Assembly (NCBI GenBank): GCA_963797095.1
Contig: CAWCNY010000004.1
Span: forward strand, 288,001-352,000
Direction of reading: 5' to 3'
From: an uncultured Chloroflexia bacterium
GTDB taxonomy: Bacteria > Chloroflexota > Chloroflexia > QHBQ01 > JADMIH01
DNA: 64,000 nt
Shown: positions 46,641 to 55,519 of the stretch, piece by piece
Layout of the letters: every line of letters starts with the position of its first letter
Position numbering within the stretch: position 1 is the first letter of the stretch
Program-made: the position numbers and the translations under genes
The notes under the pieces: generated by a model
Databases searched by the model: none
What the model saw: the letters and a program-made list of their open reading frames with translations, nothing else
Told to the model about the DNA's origin: nothing

Positions 46641-49600
46641 TTATGTAAAGTTCCGCTCTCGCTCGATAGCGAGCCTCCGCTGGATCAGTGAATATATCGT
46701 ATCAGCAAGTTCTTCCATGTCCGGCCCAAACGATCTTTCCTCGTTGGGTGGGCGCTCCTCTCCGCTATCGGGTGCCGATCGCTCCTCGCCTGCAAGGGCC
46801 AACGCCACACTGCTCGCCGAAGATACCGCCGCACCTCCCACCGAGGCCGCAATTACATCAGCCCACATCCCCGCCTCCGCCGCGGCAGCAGGCGACTCTG
46901 CCGCCTCACCCCATGAATAATCCGTAAGCCACCCTACACTCTCCCCAGGCGAGTCAACTCGTGCTGGTGCTCTTTCCCACTCTATTTCTGTGCTTAAGGG
47001 ATATGTATAACCGGAGGTTGTGCTATATGCCTCGCCAGCTTCAACCATGCCATTATCAGGAATAGAATCCATTTCACCATCGTCCGGTGTCTCACTGCCA
47101 AAATAGCTCGCCCGCTCACCGGGCACCGCAAAACCTGCGTATGGCACGGCCAACGGCAGCATCGTAGACCCCTCCTGAGGACCGTACAAACGGTTGAGTG
47201 CCTCGATGTAATCCTCTACTTCACCGCCCTCTCCCACCGCCTCTTCCGGCGCAACACCTAGCTGTGTTAGCCGCAACATCTGAGCGGGTGCGCGCAACAC
47301 CCCTGCAAATGGCTCGCTGCTTCTCGCGCCAGGCGAACCCGCCTGGGTCGCCGACGGCCCGCGCCCAACATAGGCAGCCACGCGTGACCCGATGTCGCCC
47401 CTTCTCTGCGCCGCCGCGAATTGTCCGCGCCCGGAACCACTAGCCAGCGGACTTGCAAACTGCCCTGGAATCGCCTCACCCGATGTTATAGGCATGGTAC
47501 TCCTTGCCACCAGACCGGGACGTGATTCAACCCTCCATACTCCTCCCATCGGCGCAATCACTGAGGGTGGCAAATCGAGTTCCACTGAGCCGGAACTTAC
47601 CATATCGGAAGCAATATCTCCACCTAGACGCAGGGTCATCTCCAGACTGCGCGCCTGTCGCCCCGTCTCCCTCGATATACTTCGCCCACCCCTTAGATCA
47701 CCCAACCTTGCAAGGATGCGGGCCAACAGTCCTCCACCTACCACACTCGCCAGTGGACGTGCCTCCACCTCCGGCAGAGGACTGTGCGCCTCGGTCACCG
47801 CCTCCGCCATTTCCGGCATCGACTCCCAGACGGGCACCTCCTGCGTTTGCGCTTCATATGGCCCTACTATTGGCGACTGCGCTTCCCCAGGCCGAGCCTG
47901 CTCAAGTCTCGTGTGCTCTGCAACCGCGTCAACGGGGCTTGCTGCTTCTAAGCTTGTGTTTGCACTTTGAATCGAGTGCGGGATCGTCGGTACCTCAATG
48001 GGCCTTCCGGCCTCCGACGCCACCTGCTCCACACTCCCGACTTGTTCCATCGGGGTTTGCAGTTCTTCCAGGTTTTGCTCAACATGCACCTCTTTTGCGA
48101 TACTATGCTGCTCGGTAAGCACAACCCCGACAGATTCGACAGGCGCAGATGCAACTACACTCAACATAGGCGGCATAGGCACGGCAAATTCTGATGATTG
48201 CGATGGCACACCAACCACCGGAGCCACATCGCTCTCCGAGGGCGTTTCTACTTGTTCGACATCCTCCCGAACTGGCTGATTCCGCCGGACCCACGGCAAC
48301 GTCAGAGGGGCTGGTCCTCTCGCTTCAGTCCGGGTCGCCCCGCGCCCGCCAAACCTACTGAACAAAGAGCTGAGCAATCCTGCTGGCCCACGGCTAACAA
48401 TAACCGCCCTCTCTTCTCTGGGTGAAACAACGTCCGGCGATGAAACCTGTACTCGTGATTGTTGATCCGCAAGCACAGGCGGAACCGCTAGGCTGACCGC
48501 ACGGCCTTCCGGTGCAGTAGCTCTTTCTTCTAACGAATCCTGATCGGCAATCTCATCTTTGACCGCTATAGGAATCTCTCTAAAGACAATGTTACTCCCT
48601 GTCGCCACCACTTCGTGACTTGAAGTAGTGGGTGGGCTTACCTCAACTCTCACCGCTTCGGGCTGGATTGTTACAGCTTCTCCTTCTTCCACTCGCGTAA
48701 CCGCCACTCCCGCAGTCGACTCTAATCCACCGCTCGCCTGTTCCACGCGTGGTTCCTGCTGTGCCAGCCGCTTCACCGCCTCCGGCAACGGCAATATCTC
48801 CACGATCCGCTCGATAACCCGGCCCACGACCCCCCTCTGTTGGGCAGGTCGAGTAAGGTCAACGAAATCTTGGTTCGTTTCCTCAATTCGTGGGCGTACC
48901 TGAGGTTGGGCCAACGGCATCGCTAGGGCCTGTGGCGCGCTCTGCGAGGGCGTCACGGGCAAGGTCTGTACAGCGATGCTTTGAGGCGAAGCCTGCCCAA
49001 CCTGCTCCTGCTGCGGAGCGGATGATGGCGAAAGCTCCAGCTGGGCAGGCCGCACCATCCTCGATAGGAGATCGGTTGTTGGTGCTAGCGGCTGTTTGTT
49101 TCCAACTTGCAAATCACGATGAACGGCAGACTCCAACGTCCCGATCTCGAGCGCAGGGCGCTCTATGCCTGCCATAGGTGCTGCCCTTGTGATCGGCACA
49201 AGTGCGGGCAGTTCAGGCGGTCGAGGCACGCCCACCGGAGCGGGCACATACTCTATTCGAACGGTCACTGCGGGCGTAAAAGTGGGCGGCTTATCCGCGC
49301 CTTCCCAACCACCTTCCGCTTCCTTCCTGCCGCCCACTGCCCCCAAGGCCCCAGGTTCGGCCCACCGATCCACCTTTGGCATTTGTGGTTCCACACGCGC
49401 CTCAACCTGTCGCGTTACCGGCTGCGGCTCCCCCACAACACGTAGCGCCGAACTTGCTGAGGTTCGCGCACCCGTTCGCCTCGCGAATGGATCGGTCTCA
49501 GGCGCTTCCTGCACCACGGGCCGGGCACGCCACACGAACTGCGGGGGCGAAGCCGCACGCCGTATGCCTGCTGATCCATTTGGGGGCGTCGAACCAGCAT

Positions 49601-49871
49601 TCCCCAACATACGCGAGTTAGCCACTTCCCCACTTGCCGATGGTGGCGAATAGCCTAACCTGCGCGTGATCTCTCGCCATAGTGTGACAGGGTGCGGTGC
49701 GCGCACCCCCGGCCTGGCGAACGGCGACTGAAGCCTGCTCAATATCTGGTTCGCCAACCGCGTCGCTGCCCCGGCCGCGAGCAAAGGCATACCGCCGGAC
49801 CTTTGAATATTGGTCCCGCTTACGCCATCGTTCGCATCCTGCTTTCTTCTATTGTTACCCTTGTCGGCCAA
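46641..49871 (-). CDS. Large low-complexity CIS-associated protein with conserved C-terminal helix
   Basis: 1076 aa, P/A/S/E/V-rich; ends PDMEELADTIYSLIQRRLAIERER. Confidence 0.7.
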   Translation of the reverse strand: MADKGNNRRKQDANDGVSGTNIQRSGGMPLLAAGAATRLANQILSRLQSPFARPGVRAPHPVTLWREITRRLGYSPPSASGEVANSRMLGNAGSTPPNGSAGIRRAASPPQFVWRARPVVQEAPETDPFARRTGARTSASSALRVVGEPQPVTRQVEARVEPQMPKVDRWAEPGALGAVGGRKEAEGGWEGADKPPTFTPAVTVRIEYVPAPVGVPRPPELPALVPITRAAPMAGIERPALEIGTLESAVHRDLQVGNKQPLAPTTDLLSRMVRPAQLELSPSSAPQQEQVGQASPQSIAVQTLPVTPSQSAPQALAMPLAQPQVRPRIEETNQDFVDLTRPAQQRGVVGRVIERIVEILPLPEAVKRLAQQEPRVEQASGGLESTAGVAVTRVEEGEAVTIQPEAVRVEVSPPTTSSHEVVATGSNIVFREIPIAVKDEIADQDSLEERATAPEGRAVSLAVPPVLADQQSRVQVSSPDVVSPREERAVIVSRGPAGLLSSLFSRFGGRGATRTEARGPAPLTLPWVRRNQPVREDVEQVETPSESDVAPVVGVPSQSSEFAVPMPPMLSVVASAPVESVGVVLTEQHSIAKEVHVEQNLEELQTPMEQVGSVEQVASEAGRPIEVPTIPHSIQSANTSLEAASPVDAVAEHTRLEQARPGEAQSPIVGPYEAQTQEVPVWESMPEMAEAVTEAHSPLPEVEARPLASVVGGGLLARILARLGDLRGGRSISRETGRQARSLEMTLRLGGDIASDMVSSGSVELDLPPSVIAPMGGVWRVESRPGLVARSTMPITSGEAIPGQFASPLASGSGRGQFAAAQRRGDIGSRVAAYVGRGPSATQAGSPGARSSEPFAGVLRAPAQMLRLTQLGVAPEEAVGEGGEVEDYIEALNRLYGPQEGSTMLPLAVPYAGFAVPGERASYFGSETPDDGEMDSIPDNGMVEAGEAYSTTSGYTYPLSTEIEWERAPARVDSPGESVGWLTDYSWGEAAESPAAAAEAGMWADVIAASVGGAAVSSASSVALALAGEERSAPDSGEERPPNEERSFGPDMEELADTIYSLIQRRLAIERERNFT

Positions 49872-49958
49872 TATTCCTCACTTATCTCTTATTTCACCTG
49901 TCTCTACCCAAACAGGAAGTCCCTCATGTTGCTTTCGATCCGGTCTTCGACCAACCAT

Positions 49959-50390
49959 CTATGTAATTTGCAAGCCCTCATGAGTCAATTGCAGCGACTG
50001 TATTGCACCCTGGCTCTGGTCCGACTTGAATTGCGGGCCTGTCCATTTTACAGGCAGAGCATGTATGAAGCTCCAGCGCATCTTCTCAACCCCGTGCTGA
50101 TCAACCATAATGATCGACACATTACGCCGCTCAAAATCCCCCTGCAATATCTTCTTGTACCAATCCCACAGCTCATTTGACGTAGTAATTCCGTTCTTCA
50201 GGGTGATATCTGACACCTTCACACGCCCAGGCAGCCTGTGAACATGATCGTTCACGCCCCCCTCCTCGTAATTTGTCACCTCCACCTCTATATCCAGCCC
50301 CGTAACCTCGGTGAACACGGCCTGCCCCACACCGTCCACATGGAAGTGGAAAGTCGTCATAGGATCTGTGCGATTACTGGTTCCAGACAT
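49959..50390 (-). CDS. Tail tube protein, second copy (T4 gp19-like, Afp5-like)
   Basis: FTEVTGL..YEEGGVN..LPGR..ITLKNGIT..PVKWTGP. Confidence 0.93.
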   Translation of the reverse strand: MSGTSNRTDPMTTFHFHVDGVGQAVFTEVTGLDIEVEVTNYEEGGVNDHVHRLPGRVKVSDITLKNGITTSNELWDWYKKILQGDFERRNVSIIMVDQHGVEKMRWSFIHALPVKWTGPQFKSDQSQGAIQSLQLTHEGLQIT

Positions 50391-50455
50391 CTAGTCCCTC
50401 TTTCAGTCAAACACTTTATGCCCTGTGCAACACGCAGTAGACTATGATCTACCCC

Positions 50456-51100
50456 TCACCACCCATAAGCAGCCCGCTCCCGATCAAGCACAAGATCGCG
50501 CACGATCAAACCATACACGGCATCCGCGATGTCCTCCGGGTCAGGTGGCTCTTTGCCTGCCTGGTTCTCCGCCGTTGCGCCAACCCGCTGCCGCACCATC
50601 GCTTGCTCTATCGCTTCAGCAGCCACCTCTGATCCGGAAAGACTTGCCGGCGCTGGAGCATTTGGCCCCGGAGTTCGTTGAACTGCCAATCCCCTCCCGC
50701 GCGATGCGCCCGAAATCCCACTGGCACCCATACTCCGCGACCGCGCTCCACTGCTTGCCCTCAACAAAGGCATATCAATTGTGGGTGCAACACCCGTCTG
50801 CTCGCCAACATGGTATAGCTCATGGGCCAACAGCGACATACTCCTGGCACTAGCGGGTCGCATCAACTCCGGCCTTACATAAACATCGCGCCCCACGGTA
50901 AACGCACGTGCTCCCAACCGGCGAGCAAGCTCCCCCGCCTGCGCCGTGTCATGCACGCGCACCTCGCCCAACCGCCCAACCAACCTACGCACCCAGGCGC
51001 TCCGGTCAAGCGCCAAATCAGCATGTCCGACCAAAAAATCCTCACCTGTATATCCCAGCTCATCCACAACATTTCCCTTCCCATTCTGCCTACTCGCCAC
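50456..51100 (-). CDS. Small DUF4157 domain protein (start uncertain)
   Basis: VRVHD..GARAFTVGRDVY..LLAHELYHVGEQ. Confidence 0.8.
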   Translation of the reverse strand: MASRQNGKGNVVDELGYTGEDFLVGHADLALDRSAWVRRLVGRLGEVRVHDTAQAGELARRLGARAFTVGRDVYVRPELMRPASARSMSLLAHELYHVGEQTGVAPTIDMPLLRASSGARSRSMGASGISGASRGRGLAVQRTPGPNAPAPASLSGSEVAAEAIEQAMVRQRVGATAENQAGKEPPDPEDIADAVYGLIVRDLVLDRERAAYGW

Positions 51101-51130
51101 TCGTCACTCGCCACTCCTCACTCGTCACTC
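51092..51130. repeat. Heptamer tandem repeat (ACTCGYC)x5
   Basis: Visible directly; overlaps the gene boundaries. Confidence 0.85.
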
Positions 51131-51289
51131 CTGCGTCTTGTTCAACTCAGTATTGATACTCGCGATCTGGTCCACCCAGGCGCGGCGCTCTGCGTGTTCC
51201 AGCTCCATTATCTCGGCCAGGGGCCAATGGAAGTAATACGCTATATAGGCTACCTCTTCTCTGAGCTGGTCGAGAGGGTAGCCGATCAT
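51125..51289 (-). CDS. Small 54-aa DUF6760/GpE'-like tail chaperone extension (absent from the ORF track)
   Basis: MIGYPLDQLREEVAYIAYYFHWPLAEIMELEHAERRAWVDQIASINTELNKTQE; ATGA overlap with the upstream chaperone. Confidence 0.88.
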   Translation of the reverse strand: MIGYPLDQLREEVAYIAYYFHWPLAEIMELEHAERRAWVDQIASINTELNKTQE

Positions 51290-51684
51290 TCCCCCGATGG
51301 AACCAACTCCACTTCAAACTGGTGCCCGCAATTAGGGCATTGCGTTGGGATAGTGCTGTGCTCCGCCTCGTTGATGCGCCGGTAAAGGTCTTGCAGATAG
51401 GCGAAGTCTGCCGAGAACATGTTTTCGATCACACCTGTATGCACCTGAGCCAGCGTCCCAAGCTTCGTGATCACCCGCGACAACAAGACGACGGTCAGGT
51501 AAGCCTGGTTCTGTTTGACCCGCATATCCCGCATCGGCACGATCTCGTCCATCGCTGTTGCGAGGCGCATCGTACCCTCCCGGTGCAGGTTCCCATCGCT
51601 ATCCACATACCCTCTCGGCAAGATGAAGTCGAATTCGGTTTGCAGCCCCTTCGCAGGCGCGCGCTCCTTCTCAGGTACGAACAT
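51286..51684 (-). CDS. Tail assembly chaperone-like protein
   Basis: LQTEFDFILPRGYVD..HREGTMRLATAMDE..DFAYLQDLYRRIN..CPNCGH. Confidence 0.85.
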   Translation of the reverse strand: MFVPEKERAPAKGLQTEFDFILPRGYVDSDGNLHREGTMRLATAMDEIVPMRDMRVKQNQAYLTVVLLSRVITKLGTLAQVHTGVIENMFSADFAYLQDLYRRINEAEHSTIPTQCPNCGHQFEVELVPSGE

Positions 51685-51705
51685 TCCGCTTCCTTTCTAG
51701 CTTCG

Positions 51706-51772
51706 CGAATTACGAATTACGAATTACGAATCACAGCTCGCTAACGCCGCCGCCATTCGTAATTCGTAATTC
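51706..51772. repeat. Inverted heptamer arrays (CGAATTA)n/(TAATTCG)n forming an 18-bp stem
   Basis: GAATTACGAATTACGAAT 51714-51731 is complementary to ATTCGTAATTCGTAATTC 51755-51772. Confidence 0.85.
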
Positions 51773-51787
51773 ATGGTTCCTTTTAGC

Positions 51788-52252
51788 TTAGCCGGTCCGC
51801 TCCAGCCCTTCGTGCACGATCTCAAGCTCTTCGATGCCCACCTCGTTCGTGCTCGAATTGAGCGATGGGCCGGAGATCTTCCGGGGCCATGCGCGCAGGA
51901 AGCTCCAGCGCGCCACTTCGTCACCATTCTGGTTCACCATCACGATCGAGCCATTGGCGCGGGCCGATTCCACCTGGCCTTCCTCAACCAACTTCCGCCA
52001 CTGCCACGCCTCCATTGAGTTGGTGATGCCGCGCTTCAGGTTGATCGGCGTCCACTTCAACCGGCCTGGCACGGCCTGGATAGTGTGATAATCTTGTTTG
52101 GTGCTCCCCTTATACTCGATCAACTCGGTCTCCGAGCCGATACCGGAGCACTCGCGGAACACCATATTGTCAAGATGACCGTCCACGCTTACATAAAAGT
52201 GCGCCTGGACCAACGGGTCAACGCGAACTGCTCGTCCTTCCATTCCGGGCAT
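51788..52252 (-). CDS. Tail tube protein (T4 gp19-like, Afp1-like)
   Basis: FRECSGIGSE, PGRLKWTPINLKRGIT, AWPRKISGP, IEELEIVHEG. Confidence 0.95.
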   Translation of the reverse strand: MPGMEGRAVRVDPLVQAHFYVSVDGHLDNMVFRECSGIGSETELIEYKGSTKQDYHTIQAVPGRLKWTPINLKRGITNSMEAWQWRKLVEEGQVESARANGSIVMVNQNGDEVARWSFLRAWPRKISGPSLNSSTNEVGIEELEIVHEGLERTG

Positions 52253-52320
52253 AGTTGTGTTCCTCCATATTGGTACATGCTGGGCCCCAGCCCAACATCA
52301 TCGAATTGCCATAACCGAGA

Positions 52321-52352
52321 ACTCGCCACTCGTCACTCGCCACTCGCTACTC
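52321..52352. repeat. Heptamer tandem repeat (ACTCGYY)x4
   Basis: Visible directly just after the sheath stop codon. Confidence 0.85.
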
Positions 52353-53948
52353 ACTGACCGACCCCCCGCTCTGCCACTGGCTCAAGCGGATAATCACAAA
52401 CTCGGCAGGTTTTACAGGGCAGATGCCAACTTCGATAATCAGCTGGCCCACGTCACGGGTCTCCGGTGGGTTGTTCTCTTCATCGCACTTCACGTAGAAC
52501 GCTTCCTTAGCGGTATTCCCGAAGAGTGCCCCATCGCGCCAGGTGCGCATCAAGAACGCCCCGATATCCCGCTTCACCCTCTCCCACAGGTCTCTGTCGT
52601 TCGGTTCGAACACTGCCCATTGCGTCCCCTGCAATAGCGACTTCTCGACATAGTTGAACAGTCGTCGCACATTCAGGTAGCGCCACGATGGATCGCTCGA
52701 CACAGTGCGAGCGCCCCATACCCGGATGCCCCTGCCGGGGAACGTCCTGATCACATTGATCCCGACCGGGTTCAAGATCGACTGCTCGTTGTGGGTCGTC
52801 TGGTATTCCAGGCCAATCGCACCAGCCACGACCTCGTTGGCCGGGGCCTTGTGCACGCCCCTCTGGTCGTCGTTGCGCGACCATATGCCCGCCATGTGAC
52901 CGCACGGCGGCACATAGATGCCGGAGCCATTGCCCAGCGGGTTGGCTACCCTGATCCAGGGGTAATACAACGTCCCGTACTTGCTATCGTAATTGACCTC
53001 TTTCATGCGCCAATCGCGGATGCGTTGAGGATTCATCCCCGGAGGCGAATTGAGGATCGCTACCCGGTCGCCCATGTTCTGGGAGTGGTCCAGCATCGCC
53101 TGTTGAACTGCCTGCACGCCCTCCATGTCGATCCGTCCAGCCTGGTACAGCGCCCACAGGTCCGGGAAGCAGACCATGGTAGCGTCCTCGGCCACTTCCA
53201 ACCCGTTAACGCCACTTCGCTCCGAGGCATCCCCTATAAGCAGGTCGGTTCCCATTCGCGAGTTTTGCGTCGCCAGCGCCGTCTCGCTTGGCAGCGACAG
53301 CGGGTAGCTGCCAGGTGATGGCATTCGCTCTGCCGCGCTTGCCGAGCTTTCACGCTCTGCTAACCTCACCAGCTTCAATTCGGCGTTCACTATATCTATC
53401 GCGTTGCGCACCCTGCGCCCGCGTCCCATAGTTACATTCTCGAATCTTTCCTCAGCATCGCCCTGCTTCACGACCACCGTGAATGCATCCTCCGGCGCTG
53501 GCTGGCCGTCGGCGGGAGCCGTGCCCGGCTGTATCTCCAGGGTGATCGAGCTACCCGTCGAGCCAGAGTCGCGTGCCGTCGCATCAAACGACACTGCCCC
53601 GCCACCCGCCAGCGCAGGCACACCCACACTCGCCGTCGGCAATTGAGCGGCCCCTCGCTTCGCCGAAGCGGCGTCGGCTTCGCTCATCGGCAGTCGGGTG
53701 ATATAGCACGTTGATCCGCCGTTGTTGAAGAACCCATATACGGCGTGCGCCAGGTAACCTCCAGGTATGAAGTTACCGAACGTATTGACGAACTGCGTCC
53801 AGTTGGCGATAAACGTAGGCTCGTTGATCGGGCCGCGCTCCGAAAAGCCCACAAAGGCCGCGATGCGCGTCCCCACACCCTCGATTGGCTTACTACCCTT
53901 ATCCACCTCCTCGACGTATACGCCTGGGGTCAAGTAAGTTGTGGCCAT
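52347..53948 (-). CDS. Contractile tail sheath protein
   Basis: YLTPGVYVEE, YYPWI, RGVHKAPANE, VWGART, WRYLNVRRL, FEPND, PVKPAEFV. Confidence 0.97.
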   Translation of the reverse strand: MATTYLTPGVYVEEVDKGSKPIEGVGTRIAAFVGFSERGPINEPTFIANWTQFVNTFGNFIPGGYLAHAVYGFFNNGGSTCYITRLPMSEADAASAKRGAAQLPTASVGVPALAGGGAVSFDATARDSGSTGSSITLEIQPGTAPADGQPAPEDAFTVVVKQGDAEERFENVTMGRGRRVRNAIDIVNAELKLVRLAERESSASAAERMPSPGSYPLSLPSETALATQNSRMGTDLLIGDASERSGVNGLEVAEDATMVCFPDLWALYQAGRIDMEGVQAVQQAMLDHSQNMGDRVAILNSPPGMNPQRIRDWRMKEVNYDSKYGTLYYPWIRVANPLGNGSGIYVPPCGHMAGIWSRNDDQRGVHKAPANEVVAGAIGLEYQTTHNEQSILNPVGINVIRTFPGRGIRVWGARTVSSDPSWRYLNVRRLFNYVEKSLLQGTQWAVFEPNDRDLWERVKRDIGAFLMRTWRDGALFGNTAKEAFYVKCDEENNPPETRDVGQLIIEVGICPVKPAEFVIIRLSQWQSGGSVSE

Positions 53949-54064
53949 AAACACTCCTTTCTAACTACACTGTCAACCCGCAACGGACGACATGATCTTC
54001 ATCTATTGCAACGACCCTCGTCCAATCCGAATTCTGTGATCCGAAATCCGAAATCCCAATAGGC

Positions 54065-55045
54065 TCACCTCCTCCGGCCTTTGCCGCCTGGCGACGGACC
54101 CGGCTGCTGGCCGGCGTCTCCTTCATTTGTGGGTGGCGATCTGTCACCGCCGCTGGTTGATCCTCCTTCCCGGCGCTGCCGTATGATCAAGTCGTAACCA
54201 TCACCGGGAACATCAATCTTCCTTTCGGTTTGCGCCCAATCGGGGTGCGTAGCCCGCAACATATAAGACCCATGCACCACATGCGAGAACCTGAAGCGGC
54301 CTTCAGGGTCAGTCTTCGACCTCAGCCCTCGCCCTACTATTTCCACTTCCACTCCCATGTCCCGGGCAGGCATGGGCGGCGCTCCATCGTTCTCCACCAG
54401 CACCCACCCTCCGATCTGCGACACAGGCACTTCATACGCCGCGGCCCCTTCCATATCGGGGTGCACCAGCACCCGCCTGGTGAGCACCAACGGCACCCCA
54501 ACCAGTTGGTCTGGATCGAGCGGCAGCGTCACCGTCAATTGCACCCCCGGTTTCACATACGACTCCAGGCTGCTCCACAGGTCGCTAGGATTCTTGAACG
54601 GCCCATCGCTCTGAGCAACCTTAACGGGCACCGGCCACTCCTGCTCGGCCAGCACTCCCTGTAGCTTCTCCTGTGGTATCTGGCGGTAGCGCATGAATGA
54701 AGCAAAAGCTCGCCACAGCAGCCGGTGTTCGTCCTCCACCAGGTTGGCCCAGGCGGTGATCAAATAGTGAGCATCGATCCGCGACGGCATCCTGCGTCTG
54801 ATCGCGCCCACCCGTATCCCACCCTCACCCGTCTGCATGGCTTGCATCCGCTCAGTTTCCCAGTCTAAGTTCCTCAGGTCGGTATTTTCCACCATGTGGT
54901 ACAGGTAGCAGTTCAGCGTTGGTCGCGCCAGCGACCCGCTCCACTCCTTCGTAGGCGCGTCAAACACCACGTCAATTTCGGCGATGTCTAGCGGCACCCC
55001 CTCAATCAGGAGTTGCTTGATCGTTTCGTCCAGGTCGGTAATCAT
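54065..55045 (-). CDS. DUF4255/Pvc16 tail terminator (cap) with C-terminal carboxypeptidase-regulatory-like domain
   Basis: MITDLDETIKQLL..FDAPTKEW..LNCYLY..EN.DLR..YLITAW..DEHRLL. Confidence 0.9.
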   Translation of the reverse strand: MITDLDETIKQLLIEGVPLDIAEIDVVFDAPTKEWSGSLARPTLNCYLYHMVENTDLRNLDWETERMQAMQTGEGGIRVGAIRRRMPSRIDAHYLITAWANLVEDEHRLLWRAFASFMRYRQIPQEKLQGVLAEQEWPVPVKVAQSDGPFKNPSDLWSSLESYVKPGVQLTVTLPLDPDQLVGVPLVLTRRVLVHPDMEGAAAYEVPVSQIGGWVLVENDGAPPMPARDMGVEVEIVGRGLRSKTDPEGRFRFSHVVHGSYMLRATHPDWAQTERKIDVPGDGYDLIIRQRREGGSTSGGDRSPPTNEGDAGQQPGPSPGGKGRRR

Positions 55046-55058
55046 GCGCTACAAACTC

Positions 55059-55385
55059 TCACTGTCCACTCGCCCTTGTCCTCGATTTCGATGTGCCCGC
55101 CTGCCCCTTCTTCTTGCCGTCACGGTGGTTCTCTTGTCCACCTACCTGCCTATCCGCCGCCCGCTCCCCATCCGGCTCCCGGCTCATGGGTGTATCATCG
55201 CTTTCCAGAGCAAACGGCAGCGACAACTCATTGACATCCGAGTGAGCCTGGATGAACTCCAACATCTCAGAAGGAGAGCTGAACCGCAGGCGCTCGCGGG
55301 TTGCGACGTGTTCAATAAGACCCCAGCGCCAGCCCTGCTCAGGCTCAACCCAGAAACGTAAGATAAAGGAGCTATAGTGTCCCAC
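55059..55385 (-). CDS. Small hypothetical protein, first gene of the CIS operon
   Basis: AAGGAG RBS before GTG 55385; YSSFILRFWVE..GLIEHVATRERLRF. Confidence 0.65.
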   Translation of the reverse strand: MGHYSSFILRFWVEPEQGWRWGLIEHVATRERLRFSSPSEMLEFIQAHSDVNELSLPFALESDDTPMSREPDGERAADRQVGGQENHRDGKKKGQAGTSKSRTRASGQ

Positions 55386-55476
55386 ACACACTCCTTGCAA
55401 GCTTGGCCGTGATCGCAACGAAATAAGATAACAGGAACAACAAGAAAGCCGCTCCATGACAACGGGAACGGCCTTC

Positions 55477-55519
55477 AATCTAGCACCACTGCGTTAGCGC
55501 AGCATTAGCCACGCGTTAG
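55477..55519 (-). promoter_or_regulatory. SARP-type activator site and -10 of the CIS operon
   Basis: CTAACGC-N4-CTAATGC-N4-CTAACGC-N8-TAGATT on the minus strand. Confidence 0.75.

Noticed and set aside
22194-55045. Prophage or type VI secretion system
   Set aside because: No capsid, terminase, portal or integrase, and no TssJLM, ClpV or Hcp; the gene set matches eCIS/CIS
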